A stretch of DNA of 64,000 nucleotides from Bacteroidales bacterium (GCA_035325985.1 DAOKYW010000016.1:4126-68125), one strand, 5' to 3'; positions 48,101 to 58,145 are shown, counted from the stretch's first letter. Made by a program: numbers and translations. The notes: generated by a model from the sequence alone, not told the origin.

Positions 48101-51100
48101 CGATTCTGTTTCACTTTAACCAGCTCATCAAAGTCGATATTGAACTGGTTGGCTTCGGGCCAGATCTGGTCAGGTCGGGTAAACGCAGTAAACCAGGGTG
48201 TAAAGGTGAGCGGAATCTCGTATTCGTAATAGTTTTCGGTGAAATCGGCACCCAACCGGATAAACACGGTGAGGTCGCCGTATTGCAGCTCCTGATCCTC
48301 GAACATCTTCTCGGCATGCACAAACATGCGCAGCTTTTTGTAGCGTCGGAAATCGAATTCGGTGGTTTTAAACGCAGCACGGGCATCGCCATCAAGCAGA
48401 TTGGAAACGCTAAGCTGCATGGACTGTTCGTTGAGGCGGACCAGACTGGTTGAACCATAATTTATTTCGCGTTCTATGCCGGGAGGAACAACGTATGGAA
48501 TGGGTTCGCGACGGCCGTTCTCTTCGATGTTTACAGCCGAGATTTCGAAAGTTGTATTGTTTCCGGCATCACCCGAAACATATTCTCCGGCCGACAGCAG
48601 ATTGTTGCGGTATTTGCGCCATTCGCCGCGCACAAGCTGAAGTGTGGCAAAGCGCACCACCACAGGCTGCTCAAAGCCACGCAGGAACATACGCATGAAG
48701 CGTACCGAACGGAAATCTTCGATATTGCCCACTACCTTCTCAGGCTGGCTGACAGGGATTCGAAATTGGTACCACTTCACTTCGCCTACGGTTCCGTTGG
48801 CTAATGGTATGCCTTTTGCCTCGCGGATATCGGAGATGAAGTTTTCGCCCACGCGCATTTTCTGAGGGTCGAGGGGAACGCGATACTGGAAATAGCGCTC
48901 GGCTTCGCTCAGGGTGTTGTCGCGGTTGATATCCTCCACATGAGGCATCGTGCTATTGCTTATAGGATAATTCTCCGGATTCATATCATCCGTAGGCGAG
49001 TTGCCATCAGGCCCGTTGAAACGCTTATAACGCTCGAGTATGCTGCTGAATCTGGGATCGCTATCAAGCCTCGAACCCCTGAAATACTGATAGTTGTCGG
49101 AAGACGGGTCGGCCAGCGCCTGCTGATAGGCTTCTGAACTTTCACCAAAAGCCATTCGGACTGCATTGAGGTAATCCTCACGGAACGATCGCTCATCTTC
49201 ATCGTTCAGACCGTCGTAACCAACGTCCTGATATTTCCGTGATCCTGCAATATTGCTGAACGACTCCACAAGCGCCTGTAATCGTGGAACGCGGCCCCAG
49301 ATAGTGGTATCCACATTTTCCACTTTTTCCGAAACGGGCAGGCCATGTTCGAAAAAGCGTCGTCCATCACGAAGGATGTCCTCCGAAATATCACCGAAGT
49401 TGATGTAAAGATCACCCTTGTTGTTTTGATTTTCAGCAAAGGGATCCATCATCCAGAACTCAATATACTCGATATTGGTGGCTTCAAAATCCGGCGTTTC
49501 CACGCGTCGCATAATACCACCCCAGCGGCTTCGGGGATCTTCGAGGCGACCATCGGCACGCGCACCACGGCTGAATGCGGTGGGCAACACATCGTAATTG
49601 TAGGGTCCGCGTTCGTTGGGATAATAGGCAAGATTGAGCACCGCAATATTGGTAGGTGTGCCCGACGGAATTTCCTTGTTGGGAAACACTTCTGTTTCGA
49701 GTACCTGCCGGACGCTGTGGCGGCTCAGTTCGTCCTTGTCCACATTGGAGGGCCTTAGTGAGCCAAAACGGTCATAAAACATCGGGTCGATGATGTACCA
49801 GGCCAGCCTTGCCCTGTTTAATCCATAGGCTAAACCTGTGCCCGGCGCAGCTTCGGGAAATAGTTCAGGCTGTCCCTGAGGTGTGCTGGCCATATGCCAG
49901 CTGCTCACCTGACGAAGGTCGATAGTGGATTTAGCACCCTCAAAATCATCAATATACGATGTGCCTGTTTTGCCAACAGCCCTCGAATGTCCGGGCAGAA
50001 AATGTGCAAATTCAGCATCTACGTTAATTCGTGAAGCCTGTTTGGTACTGTAGAACGGCAGCTTATCGATGACCCTGGTGAGCCAAAGGGATTCTTTGCG
50101 CCAGCTAAAGTCGAGGCCGTAGATAGTGTTTGAAATGGGATCGTCACCATAATTGACTTTCCGTGTAAGCGGCCGCTCATGAAGATTAAGCAAGGTGGCA
50201 CCAACACGAAAGTCTTTGTTCAGCTCATGATCCAAACGCAGGCCCATCATGCGTTTCTGTTGCAGGCTGAACAGGGAGTTGCTTTCGAGCGAAATATTGA
50301 TGGGTGTGCCCGAGCTCATGATGCCCTCGTTGATGATTCGCACACGGCCCAGGGTATAGTCAACGGTATAATCAACATTTTCCACCAGGGGCACACCACC
50401 GGCAGTAACACGTACCGAGCCTTGCGGCACATTCAGCGCATTGAGGCTGATCTCGCTGCCCGACTGCGACTTATAATAACCTTCAAGGATAAATTTGTTC
50501 TTTTCAGGAAACTGCTCTGCGGCGGTTTTGGTAAGGGTATAGAGCGAGTCGTAGGCATAACGGTTGGCCAGCTCGGGATCGTTGGGGAATATCTTTTGAC
50601 GCACATGTCGGCCAAAAGGCTCAAGCACAGGAAAGTAGATGCGGCCATTGCTGGAATTGATGGTTCCGCCGGCTGTGGCGGCATTGTCCAGAAAGTCGAA
50701 AACCCCGTCACCGCCCGGAACAGGATTACCCTGCATATTCAGGAAGTCAACGTTCATCAGGTGGATAAGGGGTACCCCGCGCACATTTTCATTGCCTTCA
50801 GTAAAATAGCCCGTGGGAACACCATTCTGATTACCGGAATAAAGGATATTGAGGGTAAAATCATCGCGGTTGAGCTGAAATGCCTTGAGCGAATAAACGT
50901 TTTTCATCATCAGGTTCCACATGGGCATGCGGGTGTTCAGGGTAGTGCTTTTAAGCAGCTTCACCATGAGCGCATTGGGCGAATTGATGCCCTGATCGGA
51001 GAATTCGCCGACCTGAAAAATGCTGTCATAACCTATAATAGTGTATTGATAGGAAACCGCCAGAATCTGGTCAGGACCCAGATTGGTATTGAGCGAGATG

Positions 51101-52500
51101 AAACCCAGTTTCGAGTTAAACGTATATTCTGTTGGGCTGAGCTTGCGGGCGTTTTCGATCTTTTCGAAATCCTGGCCGGCAACAAAATAGCCATTGCGTC
51201 CGACGCGCAGTGGGTCGCCCAGCAGGTAATTGGATGCCGTATTAATGTTGCGGACACTCGCCGTGTCAAGGCGTTGTTTCAGGTTATTCGCCGTGTTTGA
51301 CGGCAGGGGCGGTCCGGGGTTAGGATGTATCTCACGGTTGAATATCCACTCGCGGCTGCCTTCGCCCAAATCGGTAAAAGCCACAAGGTTGCGGTTGTCC
51401 TGCACAGCAGGGCCGATGTTGGTAATCCACACCTCAATACGCGTGATGTTGACATCGGAGGTGATGATAGGCAACGACTGCAATGCCCGCTCATAATTGT
51501 TGCGGAAATACTGGCTCAGGAAAAAGTGACGGTTTTCTTCATAGTCCAGACTGGTAAGCCGGAAACGGTTGGCCTGTGCACCACCCTGCACCCTAATGCT
51601 TCGCGTTTCGCTTTCCTGCTGAGAAAATACTGTGGTGACCGATGTGCGGCCAAATTGCAATTTCGTTTTGATGCCAAACAAGGCCTGACTTCCGCGGATG
51701 AGCGTGGTGTTGAGCGGAAGGCTTACATTGCCGGCTTCGACCAGCTTGAGAATCTCGTCTTCTTTGCCCTCATATTTCAGGGCCAGACGATTCTCGAACT
51801 GGAACATGGCTTCGGTGTTGTAATTAGTCCGGAATTCGATTTTATCGCCAATCTTCGCCACAACATTCATCTGAATGCGCTGATTGAAGTCGAAGTTGGT
51901 GGTGCGTCGCTGCCGGATATTTAATTGAGGGTCGTCGCGCAGCATGCTCCTCAGGCCAAAAGTCACTTCGGCTGTTCCCTGCGGCCTGATGTCGATGGTA
52001 TTGCTGCCAAAAATCTGATCAAACACCTTGCCTCCCACATAGATGGCCGGAATGATGGATGCGCTGCTGGGCGCTGCTGTTTGTGTTGAACGTTGTTTCC
52101 AATATTCACGCTCACTCTTTCGGCCCTGATATTCAAGATATTGTTCCTGAGTAAGTACCGATGGGCTGAGGTAGCTGAAATCACCAATGCGATTGTAAAA
52201 AATGTATCGCCGCGTAACAGGGTCGTAAACCACTTCGCGCCTGATGTTGGGCGGGTCGTTCAGATAAAGTGGCGACTGATAGTCGAGCTGATTGGTGGGG
52301 TTGCCATCAAAACGTGGCACAGGAAATCGTGGCGGAGGTATGCTGTCGGGCTCTGCAGCCGATGCAGTTGATGCTGCAACGGGAGTAGCCAGATCATCCT
52401 TGTCGCGTGGCAGGGGTTTTGCTGCAATGATGGTTCCGAGCAGCAGCCCAGCCGTGATGAGCAAAACGATTCGAGTGATATATGTGTTAAGGAGTTTCAA
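45169..52500 (-). CDS. sprA: cell-surface protein SprA (type IX secretion translocon / gliding motility)
   Basis: 2443 aa. N-terminal signal anchor, giant beta-barrel-type composition, and the size and ruvA-sprA-gcvH neighbourhood characteristic of Bacteroidota SprA. Confidence 0.9.
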   Translation of the reverse strand: MKLLNTYITRIVLLITAGLLLGTIIAAKPLPRDKDDLATPVAASTASAAEPDSIPPPRFPVPRFDGNPTNQLDYQSPLYLNDPPNIRREVVYDPVTRRYIFYNRIGDFSYLSPSVLTQEQYLEYQGRKSEREYWKQRSTQTAAPSSASIIPAIYVGGKVFDQIFGSNTIDIRPQGTAEVTFGLRSMLRDDPQLNIRQRRTTNFDFNQRIQMNVVAKIGDKIEFRTNYNTEAMFQFENRLALKYEGKEDEILKLVEAGNVSLPLNTTLIRGSQALFGIKTKLQFGRTSVTTVFSQQESETRSIRVQGGAQANRFRLTSLDYEENRHFFLSQYFRNNYERALQSLPIITSDVNITRIEVWITNIGPAVQDNRNLVAFTDLGEGSREWIFNREIHPNPGPPLPSNTANNLKQRLDTASVRNINTASNYLLGDPLRVGRNGYFVAGQDFEKIENARKLSPTEYTFNSKLGFISLNTNLGPDQILAVSYQYTIIGYDSIFQVGEFSDQGINSPNALMVKLLKSTTLNTRMPMWNLMMKNVYSLKAFQLNRDDFTLNILYSGNQNGVPTGYFTEGNENVRGVPLIHLMNVDFLNMQGNPVPGGDGVFDFLDNAATAGGTINSSNGRIYFPVLEPFGRHVRQKIFPNDPELANRYAYDSLYTLTKTAAEQFPEKNKFILEGYYKSQSGSEISLNALNVPQGSVRVTAGGVPLVENVDYTVDYTLGRVRIINEGIMSSGTPINISLESNSLFSLQQKRMMGLRLDHELNKDFRVGATLLNLHERPLTRKVNYGDDPISNTIYGLDFSWRKESLWLTRVIDKLPFYSTKQASRINVDAEFAHFLPGHSRAVGKTGTSYIDDFEGAKSTIDLRQVSSWHMASTPQGQPELFPEAAPGTGLAYGLNRARLAWYIIDPMFYDRFGSLRPSNVDKDELSRHSVRQVLETEVFPNKEIPSGTPTNIAVLNLAYYPNERGPYNYDVLPTAFSRGARADGRLEDPRSRWGGIMRRVETPDFEATNIEYIEFWMMDPFAENQNNKGDLYINFGDISEDILRDGRRFFEHGLPVSEKVENVDTTIWGRVPRLQALVESFSNIAGSRKYQDVGYDGLNDEDERSFREDYLNAVRMAFGESSEAYQQALADPSSDNYQYFRGSRLDSDPRFSSILERYKRFNGPDGNSPTDDMNPENYPISNSTMPHVEDINRDNTLSEAERYFQYRVPLDPQKMRVGENFISDIREAKGIPLANGTVGEVKWYQFRIPVSQPEKVVGNIEDFRSVRFMRMFLRGFEQPVVVRFATLQLVRGEWRKYRNNLLSAGEYVSGDAGNNTTFEISAVNIEENGRREPIPYVVPPGIEREINYGSTSLVRLNEQSMQLSVSNLLDGDARAAFKTTEFDFRRYKKLRMFVHAEKMFEDQELQYGDLTVFIRLGADFTENYYEYEIPLTFTPWFTAFTRPDQIWPEANQFNIDFDELVKVKQNRNIAMRNPNSDIRLNYPYMEFRGDHTIRVIGNPNISDVKGVMIGVRNPKRRPGASTTDDGLPKSAVLWVNELRVTDFDNSGGWAATARVETTLADLGRLVLTGSHATAGFGSLEMKVNETSLEKATNFDVATDIDLGKFFPEKTGLRIPLHFDYGESHLRPEYSPLEPDIKQRDFLQSFETQAEKDSIKNIINDFTMRRNFNLINVRKERRGNLVKSRIYDIENWNVSYSYSEIYQRNIDLEYDRRLLYRGGIGYNYTTNPKNVQPFATARWAKSPVLQMVKDFNFYYLPRNLAFRTEMNRMNNEKKFRNKSEGDIITYPILARQWDWNRNYDFRFDLTRSISLDYTAGVNAFVYEPAGNPDRGTELYEKHRDTIWNEIMRLGTKNRFNHNIRLNYNLPINKIPLFNWVTVSAGYQAMYTWQSSPLSVKQRVGNTIENQNSQQLNGNFDFIRLYSKIGYLQKLSTPARQNGLGGGAMPRPGADVARPGTEAKPIEETPKDTTQRNQALAVAKKVGDEMLKLAMSIKRGSINYTRNNGLFIPGFMPEPDLLGVSFANAYAPGWGFILGSGTDIRNMAVDKGWLSADTLVNQAFMRRFTENYGYRFNLEPVPGMRLDINSDLTTASNFSEYFRAGADGVFRAFTPSESGSFSMSYLMWKTSFTKSRSDEGSALFDQLLSNRKIIAERLAYNNPKWVAEGERYVYDSVGRDNYPFGYGAISQEVVLHSFMAAYRGSDASTIRLTTFPRIPYPNWTLNYNGLTNIAAVQKLFRTVNISHAYRSTYSVNAWRTNVEYDPRNTTKTYPNSNLFISQYDLGQITITEQFSPLIGIDLGLHNSMTARVEYKKQRNITLSFINNQLTEVVGDEVVVGTGYRFRNLALIFSAISGGAGTRSANDLVLKLDLGFRTDKTTLRRLDLGDNQVSAGQFKTNIYFTADYTVNNRLNMQAFFKRDMADPFVASQFRNVNTFAGVTMRFNLAQ

Positions 52501-52551
52501 GTATTTGGTCCGGTTCGATTATTCTCCCACTTTCTTCAGTTTCCAATTTTT

Positions 52552-53136
52552 TTAAAGTTGTCGCAAGGCTTCTCTGATGAGCTTATCCACAGCCATTCCC
52601 GGGTCATTGCGCAAAAGCGAGGCAATCACCTTTTCGGCCGCGGCACGCTGGAAGCCAAGCACCAACAGTGCAGATAACGCTTCATCACCAGCTCTATTGT
52701 ACATTTCAGGGCTTTTTTCGGGAAGCGACGAGGCTGCCTTGCCTACCTTGTCGCGCAGATCAACCACTATTCGCTGTGCTGTTTTTGCCCCTATACCCTT
52801 GATGCGTTGCAACATCTGCACATTAGCCCTGGCAATAGCCTCGATAGTATCGCGGGTGCTAAGCGAGGAAAGAATCATCCTGGCTGTCCCTGCACCCACG
52901 CCCGAAACCGAAAGAAGCAGCTGAAATACCTGCCGCTCTTCCTGATCAAAAAAACCATACAGCACCTGTGCATCTTCGCGAATGGCAAGGTGAGTGAAGA
53001 GCTTAACCTGTTGCGCACCACTGATGGCCGAATAGGTGTTCAGGGTAATTTGCAGCATATAGCCTATACCATTGGCTTCGACTACCACCCAGGCAGGATT
53101 AATCGCTGCTACTTTACCTGTAATGTATTCGTACAT
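52552..53136 (-). CDS. ruvA: Holliday junction branch migration complex subunit RuvA
   Basis: 194 aa. MYEYITGKV N-terminus and two HhH motifs (GVGAGTA, GIGAKTA). Confidence 0.95.
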   Translation of the reverse strand: MYEYITGKVAAINPAWVVVEANGIGYMLQITLNTYSAISGAQQVKLFTHLAIREDAQVLYGFFDQEERQVFQLLLSVSGVGAGTARMILSSLSTRDTIEAIARANVQMLQRIKGIGAKTAQRIVVDLRDKVGKAASSLPEKSPEMYNRAGDEALSALLVLGFQRAAAEKVIASLLRNDPGMAVDKLIREALRQL

Positions 53137-53292
53137 CCGTTTTAGCTTACTACCCTGCTTTCGGGCTGGGCAAAAATACGAAAATCAGCACTCAGGAAAG
53201 CAGACAACACACTATAGGATTTTAAGCAAGCAGCCAACAGGCAGATGGCGTGCAAAATGTTTGCCCTATGTAGAAATTGTGCGGTTTTGGAC

Positions 53293-53300
53293 TAACTTTG
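53293..53300 (+). promoter_or_regulatory. candidate -7 box (TAACTTTG) for maeB
   Basis: TAnnTTTG, 22 nt upstream of ATG 53322. Confidence 0.45.
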
Positions 53301-53321
53301 TTTAGCACAAAATACACGGTC

Positions 53322-55613
53322 ATGGATAAACTATTTTTTAAAGATGCCCTGAACTATCATGCACAAGGACGTCCGGGAAAACTCGAAGTAATTCCCACCA
53401 AGCCTTATGCCACACAGCGCGATTTGTCGCTGGCCTACACTCCGGGCGTTGCCGACCCTTGTCTGGCTATCAACAAAAATCCCGAAGATGTATATAAATA
53501 CACGGCCAAAGGCAATCTGGTTGCCGTAATCAGCAATGGGACAGCGGTGCTTGGGCTGGGCGACATTGGCCCTGAAGCCGGCAAACCGGTCATGGAAGGC
53601 AAGGGGCTTTTGTTCAAAGTATTTGCTGATATCGATGTGTTCGATATCGAGATCAACGAAAAAGATCCGCACAAGTTTATTGAGATCGTGAAAGCCATCT
53701 CCCCAACTTTCGGAGGCATCAATCTTGAAGACATAAAAGCGCCGGAATGCTTCTTCATTGAGGATGAACTAAAAAAACAACTCGATATCCCCGTGATGCA
53801 CGATGACCAGCACGGAACTGCCATCATCACCTCTGCAGGCTTGCTCAACGCGCTGGAAATCAATGGTAAAAAGATTGAGGATATCAAAATCGTTGTTAAC
53901 GGCGCCGGTGCTGCAGCCGTGTCGTGTACAAAGCTGTATATTAAACTGGGTGCAAAACCCGAAAACATCCTGATGTTCGACAGCCGAGGCGTGCTCAACA
54001 CCTCACGCACCGACCTTAACGATACCAAGCGGCTTTTTGCACGCGATGTGCCGGATATGAGCCTGAGCGAAGCCCTCAAAGGTGCCGACATGTTTCTTGG
54101 CCTCTCGGTGGCCGGTGTGCTCAAGAAGGATATGCTGCTGGCTATGGCCCCCAATCCTATCGTGTTCGCTCTTGCTAATCCTGTGCCCGAAATCTCCTAT
54201 AATGATGCCATGTCAACACGCGACGATATCATCATGGCAACCGGGCGAAGCGATTTCCCTAATCAGATCAACAATGTGCTTGGTTTCCCCTACATCTTCA
54301 GGGGTGCCCTGGATGTTCGCGCCAGAATAATCAACGACGAGATGAAGCTCGCCGCATCGCGTGCCCTTGCTCAGCTGGCCAAAGAACCTGTGCCCGAAGA
54401 AGTTAATATCGCCTTCAATGTCAATAATCTCAGGTTCGGGCGCGAATACATCATCCCCAAGCCATCCGACCCCCGCCTTATTGAGCAGGTGGCGCCGGCC
54501 GTAGCCAAAGCAGCTATTGATACCGGCGTGGCTCTCAAACCCATAAAAAATTGGGATGCATATTTGGAAGAGCTGCGTAAACGCCTGAAAACCAACAACC
54601 CGATCAAGCGGCAAATCAAAACCCGCGCCAAGCACAATCCGAAAAGGGTTATCCTGGCCGATGCCGAACACTATAAAATGCTCAAAGCTGCCGAAATTGT
54701 GCTCAACGAGGGTATTGCCGAGCCTATTTTGATGGGTAATGTGTTGAAAATAAAACAGATTATTCAGGAACACGAGCTCGAACTTCCCGGAGTTGAAATC
54801 ATCGACCCCCGCTCAAACGAGCAGAATGGCCGTCGTAAGCAATATGCCGAAATGCTTTTTCAGCGCCGTCAGCGGAAAGGCATGACTTTCAATGCCGCGC
54901 GAAGCTTCATGATGCACCGCAACTACTTTGCCCCGATGATGCTGGCCACCGGCTATGCCGATGCTATGGTCACCGGTCTGACGCGCAATTATCCCGACTC
55001 TATCAGACCGGTGCTTCAGGTGATTGATAAAAGTCCGGGCAACAATATCGTTTCGGGCATGTACATCATCAACAGCCCGATGGGCCCGGTGTTTTTTGCC
55101 GATTGCACGGTGAATATAGACCCCAGCTGGGAACAATTAGTCGAAATCACCCTGCAGACATGCCGCAGCGTGCGCGATTTCAAAATCACACCACGTGTGG
55201 CACTCGTTTCTTACTCGAGCTTTGGTTCGTCGGACGGCGAAGTGCCTCAAAAACAGCGTAAAGCCGTTGAATATTTACACAAGAACCACCCGGATTTAAT
55301 TGTTGACGGCGAAATTCAGGCCAATGCCGCCCTGAACCCTGAGCTGCTGGCCGAAAACTTTTCGTTCAGCAAACTCATGGGCGGGCCTGCCAATGTGCTC
55401 GTTTTCCCCAACCTCGAATCGGCCAATATTGCCTACAAACTGATGCAGGAACTCGGCAAATTCGAAGTAATCGGCCCGATTCTCAACGGGCTGAGCGAAG
55501 CAGTACAGGTATTGCAGATGGGTGCCACGGTGGCCGAAATTGTGAATATGATCACGGTGGCTACCATCGACGCCCAGACAAAACAGGAAAAAAACAGCCT
55601 GATAATCCGTTAA
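53322..55613 (+). CDS. maeB: NADP-dependent malic enzyme (malic enzyme plus phosphotransacetylase-like domain)
   Basis: 763 aa from ATG 53322 (MDKLFFKDALNYHAQGRPGKLEV). NAD(P) site VNGAGAAA and a C-terminal PTA-like domain. Confidence 0.95.
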   Translation: MDKLFFKDALNYHAQGRPGKLEVIPTKPYATQRDLSLAYTPGVADPCLAINKNPEDVYKYTAKGNLVAVISNGTAVLGLGDIGPEAGKPVMEGKGLLFKVFADIDVFDIEINEKDPHKFIEIVKAISPTFGGINLEDIKAPECFFIEDELKKQLDIPVMHDDQHGTAIITSAGLLNALEINGKKIEDIKIVVNGAGAAAVSCTKLYIKLGAKPENILMFDSRGVLNTSRTDLNDTKRLFARDVPDMSLSEALKGADMFLGLSVAGVLKKDMLLAMAPNPIVFALANPVPEISYNDAMSTRDDIIMATGRSDFPNQINNVLGFPYIFRGALDVRARIINDEMKLAASRALAQLAKEPVPEEVNIAFNVNNLRFGREYIIPKPSDPRLIEQVAPAVAKAAIDTGVALKPIKNWDAYLEELRKRLKTNNPIKRQIKTRAKHNPKRVILADAEHYKMLKAAEIVLNEGIAEPILMGNVLKIKQIIQEHELELPGVEIIDPRSNEQNGRRKQYAEMLFQRRQRKGMTFNAARSFMMHRNYFAPMMLATGYADAMVTGLTRNYPDSIRPVLQVIDKSPGNNIVSGMYIINSPMGPVFFADCTVNIDPSWEQLVEITLQTCRSVRDFKITPRVALVSYSSFGSSDGEVPQKQRKAVEYLHKNHPDLIVDGEIQANAALNPELLAENFSFSKLMGGPANVLVFPNLESANIAYKLMQELGKFEVIGPILNGLSEAVQVLQMGATVAEIVNMITVATIDAQTKQEKNSLIIR

Positions 55614-55738
55614 ACCCTGTTGCCCGAGGCGACAGAAGTTACGCTAAGCGAGGTAAGATTGCATCAGGAACACTCCTCGACTGCTTTTAGGGCAGCACTC
55701 AGGAAATAAAAGCCCTGGCAAGTCCGCACAAGGTCGGG

Positions 55739-57439
55739 TTAAAAGCGTCTGGACTTTTTACCGCCTGCTTTTCCCGGCCTTGCTGACGACTTTTTTGGCC
55801 CATCCTTAGGATCGGCAGGATTCACTCTTACCCCTGAACGGTTTCGCTGTCTGTTGGCAAAGGCCTCAATAACAGTATCTACATGGCGTTTGTCCACATC
55901 AACAAAAGAGTAGTTCTCCATGATGTCGATTCGTCCAACAATCACATCCCGTGAGCGGGTTACTTCGTTGATCAGGCCGATGATGCTGTGAGGTCCGGTG
56001 CCGTCGCGTTTGCCGATGCTGAAAAACAAACGGCTGAAACGGTCTTTGTCGTCCTGACGCTCCTTGCGCACGGGTTTGCCCTTTTCGCGGTATTCCCTTT
56101 CGAAACCCCTGTCCTCCACATTAAGATCCGGAGCATTACGGTAATAATCGAGAAACCTGTTGAATTCGAGCGCCACAAAACGCCGGATGAGGTCTTCGCG
56201 GCTCATCCATTCCAGCTTGCGGAAAATGACCGGTAAATATGCGTCGATCTCTTCGTGATTAATCTCCACCTTTTCCATGCGGTCCACGTGGTGAAACAGC
56301 TGCTTCTCGCATACCTGAACGCCTGTTGGCACCTTGGCCGAAGCAAATTCACGGCCCACCTTACGTTCGATAATACGGAGCTTACCCTTCTCCTTCATGT
56401 GGATGATACTGATGCAGATACCGGTTTTATCGGCCCTGCCTGTTCGGCCACTGCGGTGGATGTACACTTCGGGCTCATCGGGCAGGTTATAGTTGATCAC
56501 ATGGGTCAGATCGTTCACATCAAGCCCGCGGGCAGCCACATCGGTGGCCACGAGCATGCGCAGGCTGCCTTGCCTGAAACGGTTCATCACATGGTCGCGC
56601 TGAGCCTGCGAAAGGTCGCCGTGCAGCGCATCGGCATTGTAACCATCGCGGATAAGATTGTCGGCAATCTCCTGCGTTTCTGCCCTGGTGCGGCAAAACA
56701 CGATGGCATAAATGGCAGGATTGAAGTCGGCAATACGTTTCAGGGCAGGATAGCGGTCTCTGGCCTGAACCATATAATACATGTGCTTTACGTTGGCTGT
56801 GCCAGTATTGCGCTTGCCCACCGACTTCATCACCGGGTTTTTCATGTATTTGTTCAGGATGGCTTCTACTTCTTCGGGCATGGTAGCCGAAAACAATAAG
56901 GTGTTGTGGTCGGCCGGCATGGTCTGAAGTATAGTATCCACATCATCCTGAAAGCCCATATCGAGCATTTCGTCAGCTTCGTCGAGCACCACCCACTGCA
57001 CGTGGTTAAAATTGGTCTTGCCTCGACGGATCATATCGTTAAGCCTGCCCGGTGTGGCCACAATGATATGCGGCTGATGGGCAAGCTCGCGCAATTGCTT
57101 CTCGATGGAAGCACCGCCGTAAACCGGTGTTATCTGGATGCCCGGCAGAAAGCGGGCAAAATTACCCAGGTCGCGGGTAATCTGAAGGCAAAGCTCTCGT
57201 GTTGGACAAAGCACCACGGCCTGAGTCTGCCTTTGTGATGCATCAATGTGGTGCAGCATAGGTAAACCAAATGCTGCTGTTTTGCCGGTTCCTGTCTGCG
57301 CAAGGCCTACCAAATCGGAAGGCTGGCTGATGAGGGCCGGAATTACCTCGGCCTGAATGGGCATCGGCTCGTTGAAGCCCAATGCCTCAACGGCCCGCAA
57401 CAATTCCTGTCGGAGCCCAAGATCTTGAAAATTAGTCAT
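55739..57439 (-). CDS. DEAD-box ATP-dependent RNA helicase (DeaD/CsdA-like, with DbpA-type RNA-binding domain and basic tail)
   Basis: 566 aa. Q motif, AQTGTGKT, DEAD, SAT and HRSGRTGR motifs. Confidence 0.93.
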   Translation of the reverse strand: MTNFQDLGLRQELLRAVEALGFNEPMPIQAEVIPALISQPSDLVGLAQTGTGKTAAFGLPMLHHIDASQRQTQAVVLCPTRELCLQITRDLGNFARFLPGIQITPVYGGASIEKQLRELAHQPHIIVATPGRLNDMIRRGKTNFNHVQWVVLDEADEMLDMGFQDDVDTILQTMPADHNTLLFSATMPEEVEAILNKYMKNPVMKSVGKRNTGTANVKHMYYMVQARDRYPALKRIADFNPAIYAIVFCRTRAETQEIADNLIRDGYNADALHGDLSQAQRDHVMNRFRQGSLRMLVATDVAARGLDVNDLTHVINYNLPDEPEVYIHRSGRTGRADKTGICISIIHMKEKGKLRIIERKVGREFASAKVPTGVQVCEKQLFHHVDRMEKVEINHEEIDAYLPVIFRKLEWMSREDLIRRFVALEFNRFLDYYRNAPDLNVEDRGFEREYREKGKPVRKERQDDKDRFSRLFFSIGKRDGTGPHSIIGLINEVTRSRDVIVGRIDIMENYSFVDVDKRHVDTVIEAFANRQRNRSGVRVNPADPKDGPKKSSARPGKAGGKKSRRF

Positions 57440-57461
57440 GTATAGGATTTAAAAACGAGTG

Positions 57462-57469
57462 CAAAGGTA
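57462..57469 (-). promoter_or_regulatory. candidate -7 box (TACCTTTG) for the helicase gene
   Basis: Lies 22 nt upstream of the ATG. It is embedded in GGACTACCTTTGC, a 13-mer that recurs identically upstream of the gene starting at 59799. Confidence 0.5.
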
Positions 57470-58145
57470 GTCCTTATTTTGGCCTGAACAGAATTTGTTT
57501 GATTATTTTTTTGTTTATGAGCAACTTAGCTTTCTAAGCCGGCATTATTCGTGCCATGATACCGTGGAGTTTTGGGTATCCACATGCGGTGGAAATCCAT
57601 AGAAAGGCCATGCATCACTACAAGCATAAAATGAAATGGCGGATTCGAAAAAAACCATCGAAAGGATGAATGTATGTTGTAAAACCATTGGCCCTTCTTG
57701 ATTAACATCAACGGACACGGCGACCCGAGAAAAAGGATCGGGTTATGCTATTATGCAATGTGGCATTAAATTGACGGTTAAATGCAGGTGGAATTTGCTG
57801 CAATGAAGGCCAATGGCTTGAAAGCCTGAATGGGAACCGCAAACCCCAATTCCAGTCTGCTGAAACGAGCCATAACACGAGGACGTCAGCCCAAGACCGC
57901 TGAGCTGCTGACATTTCTAAGCAACATTATCCCAAAGTGTGCAGGCAGCTTTCCATAAAGTTGTTTCATGGAATTAGCTGAAAATCAATCGTAAATGAAG
58001 TATAAGTCTGCTCCGCTTGCTTGGCTACCTACTTTTATTTCGGCCTTCTTTGGCAACAAAATCTTGTGCAGGTGCCCGAAGCCATAGCAGTATCAACAAT
58101 TGCTGCACTGAAAGCAAAATACCCAACTTCAGCCTAGTCCGGCTT

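Noticed and set aside
50179-51300. 373-aa plus-strand ORF inside sprA, together with several 60-220 aa ORFs between 45.1 and 52.5 kb
   Set aside because: All lie antisense or out of frame within a single uninterrupted 2443-codon SprA frame.
52505-52530. GGTTCGATT, resembling a tRNA T-loop, in the ruvA-sprA spacer
   Set aside because: The flanking bases cannot form a T-stem or acceptor stem, and the spacer is only 51 bp.
57526-57914. Two minus-strand ORFs (61 and 68 aa) in the helicase upstream gap
   Set aside because: They are Trp/Arg/Phe-rich with odd composition, have no promoter box or family resemblance, and overlap the candidate structured element on the other strand.
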